DNA of 64,000 nucleotides from a virus (lineage: Duplodnaviria > Caudoviricetes). Both the position numbers and the translations under genes were made by a program. The stretch covers positions 54,134-118,133 of the IMG/VR virus record IMGVR_UViG_3300031555_004349. One strand, given 5' to 3'. Positions 20,128 through 31,051 of this stretch are shown here, piece by piece. The notes under the pieces are model-generated. The model saw only the letters and a program-made list of their open reading frames with translations, was not told the origin of the DNA and searched no databases. The number at the start of each line of letters is the position of its first letter. Position 1 is the stretch's first letter.

Positions 20128-21708
20128 CTATTCCCAACAGAACATAACTGTTCCAGCTGGATAACCAGAATAGTATGAATTCCAAGTTGAAATTGAATTC
20201 ATATAAACATTTCTTACTGACTCATCGTCACTATAACAAAAATTACTCCAACTTGTCCAAGCTCCGCTACCATAATTTTTTCTAAATTCTATTATTTTAT
20301 GATTGGCAGTCAAACTGGTAACAATTTGCATACCATAGCTATTTCCATCACTACCTCCACCACGATGGCGAATATTTATTATATTATACCAAGTGCTTTG
20401 AGCGGTATGATATACACTTCCCATAAAAGAATTAGTTAATAAAGTAGAATTTTCCCAGCTGTCAATATTCCATGCACCTGATTTTACATAACCATACCAG
20501 TCTGCTAATTGCGTTGCAGTAGAAGCATTTCCACTTAAATTTCCACTAAAGGTTGGTGCGCTAACCGTTCCAGGAAAACTAGTATTTCCACTACCATCTA
20601 ATAAATACGCCGTTCTTGCAACATTGGCTCCAATAGCAGCCGCACTTGCGTAAGAACCACTATATTGTCTAACTAAGATAGGCTCCATTCCATCGTCTCC
20701 AGTGGCAATTTCTAAAAAGCTGTCATTACTAGAATTTTGACTTCCACGAATTACCCAATCATCGTTATCTCCTATATATCCTACAATTCCTCTCCAAGTA
20801 CCAGCATTTGAACCAGTATTTGGAAAAGCTATTATATTACCTGCAGTAATATTTCCACCAATTGAAAAATTACCGTTTAAGGACATATTACCTGAGCCAT
20901 CGGTGCTGAATGTTTGCGTTACTGAGCCAGAATAAGGTGCAAAAGCTAAACTCGTTGCTCCGTTTGCTCCTTTTATTACTAAAGTTCCAGCAATATCTTG
21001 GTCACCAATATAGACATCATCTCCAACTGGATTTAAAACACTATTCGCAAAATGGATAGGATTGTAAGCAACTACTCCATTATTTGCATAAACTGCGCCA
21101 CCAACATGTAAATTACCATTTGGAATATGAACACTCATATCATCATTATAAAATCTAATAATAGAGTTGCTATTTTTTCCACTCCAAAATTGAGCATAAG
21201 TACCTGTATAATTACTAGTAGTTCCTACTGCATCTTCTATTCCTAAATCAAAACTCCATTCTTGGTCATTTGCAGTTGCTTTCATAAAAATATTATTTGG
21301 TGCACTCCATAACCAATTTCCAGTATTTTCTAAATAAGGAACAATTAAATTTCCTGTAAGTGTTCCACCTGTTAAAGGTAATTTAGTTGGGTCACTGGCC
21401 TCTGCTGTAATTGTTATATCTTGTGTTCCATCAAAAGCAACGCCATTAATAGTCCTTGCTGTTATTAATTTTGTTGCGCTTGTTGCATTTCCAATAAAAT
21501 TAGTTGCTGTTATATTTCCATCGATACTACCACCTGTTAAAGGTAAGTATTGAGAAAATTTCTCATTTAAAATTCTTCCTGAATTTGCACTTAATGCACT
21601 AGAAGTGCTTGTGCTTGTAAAACCGTCTACTACTTCAATTAAGTCCGCTAATAATGAAAGAGGAACATATTGTCCAGTAGTTGGGTCTTTATATTTGATT
21701 ACTGCCAT
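20128..21708 (-). CDS. Tail fibre protein
   Basis: YLPLTGG repeats, GNATSATKL.TARTINGVAFDGT, GNASTATQL fibre motifs. Confidence 0.75.
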   Translation of the reverse strand: MAVIKYKDPTTGQYVPLSLLADLIEVVDGFTSTSTSSALSANSGRILNEKFSQYLPLTGGSIDGNITATNFIGNATSATKLITARTINGVAFDGTQDITITAEASDPTKLPLTGGTLTGNLIVPYLENTGNWLWSAPNNIFMKATANDQEWSFDLGIEDAVGTTSNYTGTYAQFWSGKNSNSIIRFYNDDMSVHIPNGNLHVGGAVYANNGVVAYNPIHFANSVLNPVGDDVYIGDQDIAGTLVIKGANGATSLAFAPYSGSVTQTFSTDGSGNMSLNGNFSIGGNITAGNIIAFPNTGSNAGTWRGIVGYIGDNDDWVIRGSQNSSNDSFLEIATGDDGMEPILVRQYSGSYASAAAIGANVARTAYLLDGSGNTSFPGTVSAPTFSGNLSGNASTATQLADWYGYVKSGAWNIDSWENSTLLTNSFMGSVYHTAQSTWYNIINIRHRGGGSDGNSYGMQIVTSLTANHKIIEFRKNYGSGAWTSWSNFCYSDDESVRNVYMNSISTWNSYYSGYPAGTVMFCWE

Positions 21709-21722
21709 TTGTTATTCCTCCT

Positions 21723-22406
21723 TTAAAAAACTTTTTTGAAATATATATCAAATGAGCCTTCTGCTCCCCAAGCTATATTATCAGTAACTTGTAATTTGAT
21801 ATTTTGTTCTGCACTTGCAGAAGTTCTAGCAATTCTAAAACGAACATTGTGTCCATTTGAGGCGTGACCAGCTTTAGACAGAGGTATTTCATCTGCTACA
21901 CCACTGTTAGTAGACCCATTATGCCAAGCTACAATTCCTGCCATTTTTTCAGACCACAATCCTTGATTTTCACAGTTTATAGTTTGTATATAAATAATAT
22001 AAACACCATCTGGTAAATGAGAACCTAAAATTCCTGTGTCATACCAAGTTTCAGCCTCAGTAATTTGAAGTGTGACTCTTTTACTATAATAAACATTATC
22101 ACTGGTTAGTAAATTAGTTGGTACGACTCTATGTTGTATTGTTCCGTTAACATTTACTAATAACCAAGTATCTGTCGTATTTTCTGTACTTACGTCCCAA
22201 GTAAAACCATTAGTTTTTCCAATAAAATTTGGACTTTCTAAACTTCCAGTTAATGCGCCACCCGTTAATGGTAAATAATTATTTATTTTTTCATTTAATA
22301 CTTTTCCTTGATTTGCACTTAAAGCATCTGTTTTACTCGTGCTTGTTAATTTATCTATAACAGTAGCAATTAATCCTGCTGACTGTCCAATTTTTTTAAT
22401 TTTCAT
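21723..22406 (-). CDS. Tail fibre-related protein
   Basis: STSKTDALSANQGKVLNEK...YLPLTGG module shared with 20128..21708. Confidence 0.65.
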   Translation of the reverse strand: MKIKKIGQSAGLIATVIDKLTSTSKTDALSANQGKVLNEKINNYLPLTGGALTGSLESPNFIGKTNGFTWDVSTENTTDTWLLVNVNGTIQHRVVPTNLLTSDNVYYSKRVTLQITEAETWYDTGILGSHLPDGVYIIYIQTINCENQGLWSEKMAGIVAWHNGSTNSGVADEIPLSKAGHASNGHNVRFRIARTSASAEQNIKLQVTDNIAWGAEGSFDIYFKKVF

Positions 22407-22420
22407 TAATTGCTACCTCC

Positions 22421-23815
22421 TTATTCTAAATTTAATTCATCATATACTAACAAATAAATTTTATATATTCTAAATTGTGCACCTGAGCCAAATAATGGAG
22501 AAACTTGAATCCAAGCATGATAATTTACAGGAGTTAATCTAGATATGTCAATATCTTTATTTATAGAAATAGCTCTAATTCCATCTGCTATAGACCCCCA
22601 TCTATCTGCAAAAGCAAAATCTTCTCCTGATAAAACAGCTCCTGGAGTTTCTGGATTTTCAAAATCGTAATCAGAAAAACGAAGATATAGATAACTGTCA
22701 GGAATATGAGTATTAGTATACTCCATACATAAATCATATTTTCTAGTGAAACCTTCTTTTAAAGGAAATTTATCATCAATTTCTTCTATAATACTATATC
22801 TGATACCTAAATTATGGTATGAACCATTTTCTGTTCCATAATAATTTCCTTCCCATAAAATATATTCTCCAACTGGATTTTTACTTATTTGATTAAACAA
22901 ATCATTAATTGTACCCGCATCATAAAAATTTTCATATTCTCCACTACTATTTAATATAGAAAGTTTTTTACTAATTTTACTATAAGGAACCCACTCAGTT
23001 GCAGTCAAACCTTTTTCAATTTGAATATTTAGAGGATAATTATTATAAGTTATCCCAGTAGTTGTTCTTATTTGAACTTGAATACTGTCAAACTTTGATA
23101 AGTCAGCAGTAAAAGTATAGCTATTTAAACCGTTCCAAAGTTCTTCATAAGCATCATAAGTATTAGTTCCATCTTTATAGCTACGAATAAAAATTATTAA
23201 TTCATTTGTACTTGAAGCATTTGCAGAAACTGTATAAGTTTCTCCATTTTCTAAATCATCAAAAATTACATAAGAATTGGTTAAACTATTAGCTGTACCA
23301 TTCATATAAACATTATCATTAACTACTGATAATTGTACTCCATCTAAAGAATCTCCATTAAAATCGGCAGGATTAAATAGATTTTTTCTTCCTACATTAA
23401 ACCAAATTTCTTCTTTATTTTTGGGTGTATCAGCTTGTAAAGCGACTTCTACCTGCTCCACTTCTTCCCAATTTGCAGGAGCTTCCGTTCCATCGTAATC
23501 AACAATCGCGCCAACTGGCAAAGTGTCTCCAACTGGCTGAACGTAATCTGTTCCTACATCTTCAGAAGTGTCTATCCATATATTACTTCCATTTGTAGGC
23601 TCTGTATCAGACACGGTAACTGCGTCGAGAGTAATTATCTCCCACGCAGTTCCTGCTGCATTACTTATATATAAATCATCATTATATCTTAAAATTAAAT
23701 TTTTATTTTTTGTAGTTATCGTAGGTAAACTATCAACATCTACAATACTATTAAAATTAGTAGCCTTTAGCTTTTCTAAAATATAAGCTAAATTATCTTG
23801 GCTAACGACTTTCAT
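22421..23815 (-). CDS. Putative virion/tail accessory protein
   Basis: SDTEP..IWIDT, LPVGAIVDYDG..P.NW (collar-like), KNLFN...IQIEKG..ATEW.PY (CBM-like). Confidence 0.6.
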   Translation of the reverse strand: MKVVSQDNLAYILEKLKATNFNSIVDVDSLPTITTKNKNLILRYNDDLYISNAAGTAWEIITLDAVTVSDTEPTNGSNIWIDTSEDVGTDYVQPVGDTLPVGAIVDYDGTEAPANWEEVEQVEVALQADTPKNKEEIWFNVGRKNLFNPADFNGDSLDGVQLSVVNDNVYMNGTANSLTNSYVIFDDLENGETYTVSANASSTNELIIFIRSYKDGTNTYDAYEELWNGLNSYTFTADLSKFDSIQVQIRTTTGITYNNYPLNIQIEKGLTATEWVPYSKISKKLSILNSSGEYENFYDAGTINDLFNQISKNPVGEYILWEGNYYGTENGSYHNLGIRYSIIEEIDDKFPLKEGFTRKYDLCMEYTNTHIPDSYLYLRFSDYDFENPETPGAVLSGEDFAFADRWGSIADGIRAISINKDIDISRLTPVNYHAWIQVSPLFGSGAQFRIYKIYLLVYDELNLE

Positions 23816-23834
23816 AATTTACCTCCTTCAGTTC

Positions 23835-25142
23835 TTATTCAGCTTGTGCAAATATATCGTCTATTTCAGCATTTGTTAAAGCTGTTAAATCACTTGTTTT
23901 AACATAACCACTTAAATCTAATTCAGTTGTTCCAAATAATTCCCAATTGTTGTTAACATATAAGTATTCGTCATAAATATTTGGATTTGAACCTGAGTTA
24001 GCTATTAAATAAATTGTACCTTTAACACCTGTTGTAGGTAATTCTGTAACTACTTGATAATCAAATTGAGTTACTCCTGCAATAGCTGAACTAATTTGTC
24101 CTGTTACATATGTTTTTGTAGCCATATCTGTTGTAGCTGTAGATATAGCATTATTCATTTGAGTTGTAGTAACTTTATCAGCTGTAGCTGCTGTTACTTT
24201 ATCTGTAACTTGAGCTTCTGTTTGGAAACTACTATCATTTGTTAAATCACTTGTTTTTGTTGGAACTGTGATATTAACTATTTTATTATTAATCGCTTGT
24301 TCAGTTCCGTTAACTTGAATTTTTTCAATTAAGTTAACTTGAGCATTTGTTTCTACTCCAGCTAATTTAGTTTTTTCTGTAGTTGTGTAATTATTATCAG
24401 TATGAACATAACTTGCGTCTGTAACAAAGTTTCCATCATTATCTAAATCAGATAAAGCTGTTGGAACTTCAATATCAACACTTTTACTTGTTATTGTTTG
24501 CGCTGTTCCATTAACTTTGATTGTTTCTATTTTATTAACTTGAGCGTTTTCTTCAATTCCTGATAATTTTATACCTTGTTCAGAAACTTCTTCGTTAATT
24601 GCTGTCAAAGCTGTATTAACTTCAGTTTTTGTCATATATTCTGAATCATTTGTTAATTCAGAAACTTTTGTAGGTACTTTAATATCAACTGCTTTGTCTG
24701 TTATTGTTTGAGCAGTACCATTTACTTTAATACTTTCAATAGTATTAACTTGCGCATTTTCAGCAATTCCAGCCAATTTATTTTTTTCAGCTGTTGTATA
24801 ATCATTTGTTGATAAACCTTTGCCAGAAACTTTATCAACTTTTCCACTTAAGCCAGTTGTTAATGCTTCATTTGTAGCATAATCTCCAGCTGCTTGAATT
24901 CCTAAATCGGCTAATGTATTATTTGTTCCTAATTCAACACCATTAATTTTTGGTTTATTAGTTAAATCAGCATAAACACCTGAGAAAGTACTGTCTCCAG
25001 CGTTCATTAATTTTTCTAACAATTCATTAGTTAAGTCGTTTGTAGATAATCCTTTACCTTCAACTTTATCTACTTTATTTCCTAACCAGCCTTTAATAGC
25101 TTTAACGACATAAAGTAAACCATTCTCGTCTAAATATCTCAT
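23835..25142 (-). CDS. Repetitive fibre-like structural protein
   Basis: KVDKV.GKGLSTND x2 and AGI..NAQVN.IE.IKVNGT.Q.I..K.VDI.VPT x3 repeats. Confidence 0.7.
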   Translation of the reverse strand: MRYLDENGLLYVVKAIKGWLGNKVDKVEGKGLSTNDLTNELLEKLMNAGDSTFSGVYADLTNKPKINGVELGTNNTLADLGIQAAGDYATNEALTTGLSGKVDKVSGKGLSTNDYTTAEKNKLAGIAENAQVNTIESIKVNGTAQTITDKAVDIKVPTKVSELTNDSEYMTKTEVNTALTAINEEVSEQGIKLSGIEENAQVNKIETIKVNGTAQTITSKSVDIEVPTALSDLDNDGNFVTDASYVHTDNNYTTTEKTKLAGVETNAQVNLIEKIQVNGTEQAINNKIVNITVPTKTSDLTNDSSFQTEAQVTDKVTAATADKVTTTQMNNAISTATTDMATKTYVTGQISSAIAGVTQFDYQVVTELPTTGVKGTIYLIANSGSNPNIYDEYLYVNNNWELFGTTELDLSGYVKTSDLTALTNAEIDDIFAQAE

Positions 25143-25154
25143 TTAATTTCCCTC

Positions 25155-25388
25155 CTATATTGCGCTTTTTAAAATCTTTTCGATTTCAAAGTTACTTAAA
25201 GTAACCGCACCAAGTTCTTCAAAAGTTTTGTTTCCTTCTAAAACTACATCTTCTATACTTGGCTTATCTTTTAAATTGTCATAATCTGTTTCAACTTCTT
25301 GTTTTGTGTAAGTTGTACCAAATTTAACACTTTTATCTCCACTTCCTATAGTAACAGAGGCTTTATTACTTTTTACTACAACTGCCAT
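25155..25388 (-). CDS. Hypothetical structural accessory protein
   Basis: YDNLKDKPSI...LEGNKT module resembling YADLTNKPKINGVEL in 23835..25142. Confidence 0.55.
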   Translation of the reverse strand: MAVVVKSNKASVTIGSGDKSVKFGTTYTKQEVETDYDNLKDKPSIEDVVLEGNKTFEELGAVTLSNFEIEKILKSAI

Positions 25389-25392
25389 AGCA

Positions 25393-25707
25393 TTACCCCC
25401 TTTTTACTTTGAAGATATTATTTGCAGTTAGAGTATCTAATAAATAACCCTCTCTATATTGTTTTAAACTCCAAAGGTAAGTACCTTTAGAAAGTTTTGC
25501 ACTTTCTTCTTTTGTCAAGAAGAAAATAAAAGAATCATCTTCAGAAAGTTCTATTTCTTTGTTAATTATTTCTTGATGTCTTACTGTTTTAATAATAACT
25601 TTTAAAATATCTCCGTCTAAAATCTCTCCTTTTTCAACATTTATAGGAAGTCTTTCACCATAGTCGCCTTCAAACATTGCGATGTTAAGACCGTTTATAC
25701 TAAACAT
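25393..25707 (-). CDS. Hypothetical protein (BppU-N-like Ig fold possible)
   Basis: LTKEESAKLSKGTYLWSLK pattern; structural operon. Confidence 0.45.
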   Translation of the reverse strand: MFSINGLNIAMFEGDYGERLPINVEKGEILDGDILKVIIKTVRHQEIINKEIELSEDDSFIFFLTKEESAKLSKGTYLWSLKQYREGYLLDTLTANNIFKVKRG

Positions 25708-25717
25708 AGTATCCCTC

Positions 25718-25912
25718 CTATTTGTTTTCTAGTACTTCAATTCTTTCTTCTAATTCAATAATTCTTTCTTCAACCTGTTCCCATCTAGCATTACCAGCTG
25801 CCTTTTGGTCATCATAATTAGCTATATGGACAATGTTAGTTGTTAAGTCAATTACTACTGCAACAAGTAATAACATAAGAACTATAATAGTCTTGTGTGT
25901 ATTATCTTTCAT
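25718..25912 (-). CDS. Small membrane/coiled-coil protein
   Basis: AAGGAGG RBS, TM helix then heptad repeat. Confidence 0.5.
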   Translation of the reverse strand: MKDNTHKTIIVLMLLLVAVVIDLTTNIVHIANYDDQKAAGNARWEQVEERIIELEERIEVLENK

Positions 25913-26112
25913 AACTAAATCCTCCTTACGACTAAAAGAGAAGACTTTAATTTTCTTCTCTATCTTTTTTAATTTCTACACTAATTTCATTTGATATTTC
26001 TTCTTTAAATAGGTTTAATAAATCTGCTTCTTTTAGTTCGATTATTTCTGGCTTTTTGTGTAAGAAAAGTTTTCTTTTCATATTTTCATAAAGCCACATT
26101 GAAAAAATCTCC

Positions 26113-27069
26113 TTATAAATAATTTTGTGGGTTTTTAAATTTCCCGTTAACAATAAATTCAATATGCAAATGTGGTCCTGTTGAACGACCAGTTGACCCT
26201 GAGCGCGCAATTATATATCCTTGCGCAACTTTTTGTCCTTTTTTAACTAATACTTTACTGTTATGTGAATAAGTAGTAACTACTCCATTAGAGTGTTGTA
26301 TTTTTACTTGATATCCATAAGTTCCATTCCAACCTGCAAATGTGACTGTGCCTGCGGCAACAGCAAAAACAGGTGAATTTGAAGCTACTCCAATATCAAG
26401 TCCACTATGTAAAGTATATTTTCCAGTTGTTGGATGTGTTCTATATCCAAACTTAGAAGTAATTCTTGTTGAAGTTGTGGGCCAAATATATTTTTTATTT
26501 GAAGTTGTTCTAGTAGTTCCACTACGAGAAGTTGTGTTTGCATATTTTTTAATAACTTCAGATTTAGTTTTTGTAATTGTTTGACTATCAAAAACTAAAG
26601 TTTTATCTTCCGTTTTAAATTCTTCGATTGTAATTTCAGTTGACTTTTTTACATCATTTTTTAATTCTTTTACTAGCTTTTCAGCTTCTTCATTTGTTTG
26701 TACATAAAATTTAACTTCTTTGTTTACTTTTATTGAATAAATTATATATTCTTTTGTAAGTTGATTTTCTATAAGAATATAGTTGTCTATACTTTTTAGA
26801 AATTTTGTTTTTACAAAAACTCTTTCAAATTTTGGTTCTTCAGCTAAATATTTATTTACTTTTAAAGTTTCTTGAGAGTCTTGATTTATAACCTCATTAT
26901 ATACTTCATTGTATTCTTCAATTGTTTTGTAGTAGCCTATTAAATTATCATTATAAGTTACTTTATAATAAGGTTTAAAAAAGAGTAATGTAAAAAATAA
27001 AATAAATCCTGCAATTGTTAAAACACTGCTAGAAATAATTTTTAGCAGGATTTTTATATTTTCTTTCAT
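26113..27069 (-). CDS. Membrane-anchored M23 family peptidoglycan endopeptidase
   Basis: HSGLD, YSHN, STGPHLH M23 motifs; N-terminal TM. Confidence 0.85.
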   Translation of the reverse strand: MKENIKILLKIISSSVLTIAGFILFFTLLFFKPYYKVTYNDNLIGYYKTIEEYNEVYNEVINQDSQETLKVNKYLAEEPKFERVFVKTKFLKSIDNYILIENQLTKEYIIYSIKVNKEVKFYVQTNEEAEKLVKELKNDVKKSTEITIEEFKTEDKTLVFDSQTITKTKSEVIKKYANTTSRSGTTRTTSNKKYIWPTTSTRITSKFGYRTHPTTGKYTLHSGLDIGVASNSPVFAVAAGTVTFAGWNGTYGYQVKIQHSNGVVTTYSHNSKVLVKKGQKVAQGYIIARSGSTGRSTGPHLHIEFIVNGKFKNPQNYL

Positions 27070-27110
27070 ATATTCACCTCAATTGTTTTTTATTAAAGCC
27101 AACTTAAATA

Positions 27111-27812
27111 TTAATGTAAAGGTTCAACTTCTTTTCCCCTATACATTGTACCTGTTAATTCACCATTTAGATTTTTTAAAGTTTTTTCTGCGTCCATTAA
27201 AGTAAAATAACAAGCGTCCATAATACTATTTAAAACCGCATATTCTTTTTCTACAATAGTTGAAAATACACTACTAGATTCAATATCACTAATTGTATTT
27301 AATACATAATCGTGTCTTTTACTATTCCATAAATTGAATTTCTCAATTACAATTTCAGGTATTCCTTCTTCTTTCATTTTGATGCTAGAATCTTTAACAA
27401 TTGCATTAGCTGCATTGTAATTACAAGCTAAGAAATTTTCTTCTGTAATATCTTTGCCTAATAATAATTCTACTTCTTCTTCAGCAGTTTTATAAAAAAT
27501 AGTAAGAACTTCTCTAAAAATTTCAGTTCTAACAGGTCCACCTATTCTAGTAATTGGAAGTTTAGTATCTATAATACTATTAATCTTATTAGAAAAAGGA
27601 TGCAGCGTTTTTAAACATTTGACTGAGTCATATTGTAATTCGTGTACTTCTGTGGTAACAGCTACAGTTGTAGTTTCAGATGGATTGTCTTTATTTTTTC
27701 CGCCATCTATTAGTTTAGAAAAGTATTTTACTAATAAATAAATAACTGCACCTATGATAGCAAGAGAAACTCCTGTATCTTGAATGACACTCATTATTTC
27801 CGTCCAAGTCAT
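27111..27812 (-). CDS. Membrane protein with single N-terminal TM (possibly holin-like)
   Basis: One hydrophobic helix then soluble domain; upstream of M23 gene. Confidence 0.4.
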   Translation of the reverse strand: MTWTEIMSVIQDTGVSLAIIGAVIYLLVKYFSKLIDGGKNKDNPSETTTVAVTTEVHELQYDSVKCLKTLHPFSNKINSIIDTKLPITRIGGPVRTEIFREVLTIFYKTAEEEVELLLGKDITEENFLACNYNAANAIVKDSSIKMKEEGIPEIVIEKFNLWNSKRHDYVLNTISDIESSSVFSTIVEKEYAVLNSIMDACYFTLMDAEKTLKNLNGELTGTMYRGKEVEPLH

Positions 27813-27882
27813 TCTAAAAACACCTCCAAAATATATTCTTCCATATATAAGTGTAACTTTATTTTGGAGAGAGTAAAAAGTT

Positions 27883-28563
27883 TTAATCAGTTAATTTCTC
27901 TAAATCTTTATTAACACCTTTAATATAATTTGTAGTAATAGAATTATAAATAGTTCCTTTAGTAACCGCGCGAGGTGGTAATTCCATTGAAAAACTTTTT
28001 AATTCTTCTCTTGTATATTTACTTGGTAAATCATTTTTTAATAAATAATCATTTAATATTTCTTGACTTCTGTCGCTCATATTAATATTTAAAGCTTTAA
28101 TTTCATCTTCATATTTGTAATAATCTAAAATTTTATTTAAAAATTCTCTACTATAATCTTTAAAAATTTCTATATTTCCATTAATTTTCTTTTCAATTGC
28201 TTTTTCACTAAAAAGGGTATCTGTGTTTATTATTGCAAATTCATTTGTTGTTAAAATAGAATTTACAACTTTTAAAATAAAATCAAAATCATTGGCAAAA
28301 TAAAAAATATTTTCACCTATAATAGCATCATTATAATCACCAGCATACCATAAATCAGCATTTATTCTTTTTTCATTTGCTTGAAACAATTTTAAAAAAG
28401 CAATATCCTCTAAAGTATTATTATTATAAAAAATAATTTTTTTACATTTTATTTTTCTAATAATACTATTTAATGCCTTAATTATATGATTAATTTCTTG
28501 TTCTATTGGCATATAATTTATATCATTTCGTATTAGCATTTCTTCCCTCTTTTCTTTCTTCAA
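27883..28563 (-). CDS. Hypothetical protein
   Basis: Long ORF, no recognised motif; start uncertain. Confidence 0.5.
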   Translation of the reverse strand: MKKEKREEMLIRNDINYMPIEQEINHIIKALNSIIRKIKCKKIIFYNNNTLEDIAFLKLFQANEKRINADLWYAGDYNDAIIGENIFYFANDFDFILKVVNSILTTNEFAIINTDTLFSEKAIEKKINGNIEIFKDYSREFLNKILDYYKYEDEIKALNINMSDRSQEILNDYLLKNDLPSKYTREELKSFSMELPPRAVTKGTIYNSITTNYIKGVNKDLEKLTD

Positions 28564-28663
28564 TTTTGTGTAGTATTCCTACGATAATTCCTAACCATAC
28601 AGGTGATAAACATAAGACAATCATAGCTATTATCATATAATTTTCAATAAACCATTCTTTCAT
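28523..28663 (-). CDS. Small membrane protein (46 aa, below ORF-track cutoff)
   Basis: AAGGAG RBS upstream; MKEWFIENYMIIAMIVLCLSPVWLGIIVGILHK... Confidence 0.45.
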   Translation of the reverse strand: MKEWFIENYMIIAMIVLCLSPVWLGIIVGILHKIEERKEGRNANTK

Positions 28664-28887
28664 ATGCAAAACTCCTTATATTTAGTTTGATTTAAGTATA
28701 ACATAATTTATTTCAATTTTCAAGTTTTGCAATTTAATTATTTTTTCTTCCTTTTAAATAAACGCGCGTACGCACCTGCGCGAATATCATAAATAATAAT
28801 AAAAGTCAAATTTATACTTTTGACGAGGTTTGACTTTTAATTCGGCGCTTGTTATAATTAAATTAATATTTTAAAAAGGAGTTTTAT

Positions 28888-29061
28888 ATGACAAATTGTT
28901 GTAGAAAATGTATGAAAATTTTTTGTGAAAATAGAGATAATATTGAAGACTGTCCTGACTGTGTTTCGGAAGTTTATTTAATGTTACAAAAATTAATGAA
29001 ATTGGAGGGAAATAATGTCAACAAAAATAATTTTGGGAAAGCAAGCAAAAAACTTTTTTAA
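28888..29061 (+). CDS. Small Cys-rich protein (57 aa, below ORF-track cutoff)
   Basis: sigmaA-like TTGACT-17-TATAAT and AAGGAG RBS; CCRKC..FC..DCPDC. Confidence 0.5.
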   Translation: MTNCCRKCMKIFCENRDNIEDCPDCVSEVYLMLQKLMKLEGNNVNKNNFGKASKKLF

Positions 29062-29299
29062 AATAGCAGGAGAATTAGAAATTGATAAAATTATTATTGA
29101 TGATAGAGATTTATCTGCAACTGCAATACTTTATCAAGCTTGTTTAGATATCCTAAACGATGGTAATCTTTTAAGGCCTGTTCATAGTCATTTGTATAAT
29201 AAGGACAAAAAAGAATTGCGTTTCTTTTCAAATGATGAAAATATGGAAGATTTTATAAAAAAGGAGAATGAAAATGATACTAGAAAATCTACAAAATAA
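29015..29299 (+). CDS. Hypothetical protein
   Basis: GGAGG RBS, overlaps glyA start. Confidence 0.5.
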   Translation: MSTKIILGKQAKNFFKIAGELEIDKIIIDDRDLSATAILYQACLDILNDGNLLRPVHSHLYNKDKKELRFFSNDENMEDFIKKENENDTRKSTK

Positions 29300-30506
29300 T
29301 GACCCAGAAATTTGGGCACATATTCAAAACGAACTAAAGAGACAACAAGACACAATAGAATTAATTGCATCAGAAAATATAGTAAGTAAAGCAGTTATGG
29401 AAGCAATGGGTACTGTATTAACAAATAAATATGCAGAAGGCTATCCAGGAAAAAGATACTATGGTGGATGTGAACATATTGATAAAATAGAACAATTAGC
29501 TATTGATAGGGCAAAGAAACTTTTTGGCGCAGAGCATGCAAATGTACAACCCCATTCTGGCGCACAAGCAAATATGGCTGTTTATCAAGCATTATTACAA
29601 CCAGGCGACACGGTTTTAGGAATGAGTTTACAAAATGGTGGACATTTAACTCATGGCTCACCAGTTAATCAAAGTGGTAAATTGTATAATTTTATTCCTT
29701 ATGGTGTAAATCAAGAAGGAGTTATTGATTATAATGAATTAAGAGATTTAGCTTTACAACACAAACCAAAACTTATACTTGCTGGCGCGAGTGCATATTC
29801 AAGAGAAATTAATTTCGCTTTAATAAAGACAATTTGTGATGAGGTTGGAGCATTATTTATGGTAGATATGGCTCATATTGCTGGATTAGTTGCTGCAGGA
29901 TTACATCAATCACCTGTTCCATATGCAGATGTAGTAACAACTACAACTCATAAAACTTTAAGAGGACCTCGTGGTGGACTTATTTTATGTAAAGAACAAT
30001 GGGCAAAGAAAATTGATAGTGCGGTTTTTCCTGGAACGCAAGGTGGACCTTTAGAACATATAATAGCCGCTAAGGCAGTGTGTTTTAAAGAAGCATCAAA
30101 ACCGGAGTTTAAAATCTATCAAGAACAAATCATAACTAATACAGCTGTTTTAGCTGAAACATTAGCAGCAAATGGTTTCGATTTGATTTCGAATGGTACT
30201 GATAATCATTTAATTTTACTTGATTTAAGAAATAAAAATATAACAGGCTTAGAAGCTCAAGAAAGATTAGAAAGAATTGGAATTGCTACTAATAAAAATG
30301 CGGTTCCAAATGATACTCAACCACCAATGATTACAAGTGGTTTAAGGTTAGGTACAGCCGCAATCACTTCAAGAGGTTTTACTGAAGAAGAGGTTAAACT
30401 AATTGGTGAAATTATAGCCGCTTGTTTAACAGGAAATAAGAAATATAGTGAAAATGATTTAAGAATAACAACTTTAAGTTTATGTAAAGACCACCCAATT
30501 TATTAG
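29268..30506 (+). CDS. glyA: Serine hydroxymethyltransferase
   Basis: [42 protein letters not shown] (PLP lysine). Confidence 0.97.
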   Translation: MKMILENLQNNDPEIWAHIQNELKRQQDTIELIASENIVSKAVMEAMGTVLTNKYAEGYPGKRYYGGCEHIDKIEQLAIDRAKKLFGAEHANVQPHSGAQANMAVYQALLQPGDTVLGMSLQNGGHLTHGSPVNQSGKLYNFIPYGVNQEGVIDYNELRDLALQHKPKLILAGASAYSREINFALIKTICDEVGALFMVDMAHIAGLVAAGLHQSPVPYADVVTTTTHKTLRGPRGGLILCKEQWAKKIDSAVFPGTQGGPLEHIIAAKAVCFKEASKPEFKIYQEQIITNTAVLAETLAANGFDLISNGTDNHLILLDLRNKNITGLEAQERLERIGIATNKNAVPNDTQPPMITSGLRLGTAAITSRGFTEEEVKLIGEIIAACLTGNKKYSENDLRITTLSLCKDHPIY

Positions 30507-30512
30507 AAGGAA

Positions 30513-31025
30513 GTGACTAAATTGTCCAAGAAAAATTCTAAAGCTAGAAAAAAATTAGAACAAATTTATGGCGAAGGTTGTTTTATGGAGCGTGCAGGAA
30601 TAAGAGAAGTGCACGGTTATCGTAAAGATGCACATCAAATGACTTATCACCATATGAGACATAAGTCTGAAGGAGGAAAGGCAACTGTTGAGAATGGCGC
30701 GAATTTAGCGCTTGAAAACCATCAGTTCCTTCATTCACTTCCAAGAATGGAAGAAGAAAAAATAAATAATCAAATAAGACAATGGAAAATGAATTTTGTT
30801 ACAATGAAGGGAGATGGAACTGTTGAATATTCTGGTTCAATAGATTTTCCAGATTTGACAAATGACGAAAATTGTATTATAATAGATTTACAAGATACAA
30901 TTCAAGAAGAAAAAAGAGAATTGCGTCTAAGTAAGAAAAAGCAAAAGTTTAATCGTGCTAAAGTAAAAAGAGAAACACAAAAATTTATAGAAGAAGAATT
31001 ATATGAAGAAGATATTGAATTATAA
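30513..31025 (+). CDS. HNH endonuclease-like protein
   Basis: TYHH..HKSEGG..T.EN...L...NH..LH. Confidence 0.65.
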   Translation: MTKLSKKNSKARKKLEQIYGEGCFMERAGIREVHGYRKDAHQMTYHHMRHKSEGGKATVENGANLALENHQFLHSLPRMEEEKINNQIRQWKMNFVTMKGDGTVEYSGSIDFPDLTNDENCIIIDLQDTIQEEKRELRLSKKKQKFNRAKVKRETQKFIEEELYEEDIEL

Positions 31026-31051
31026 ATCTTTTGCGAGTCAAAGGAGGATTT

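Noticed and set aside
17470-25142. Diversity-generating retroelement acting on fibre genes
   Set aside because: No reverse transcriptase and no TR/VR pair with A-specific mismatches was seen
70-26591. Antisense or out-of-frame ORFs inside long genes (70, 1797, 2946, 4130, 10036, 13103, 14974, 18026, 23568, 26342, 26385)
   Set aside because: Shadow frames of well-supported genes
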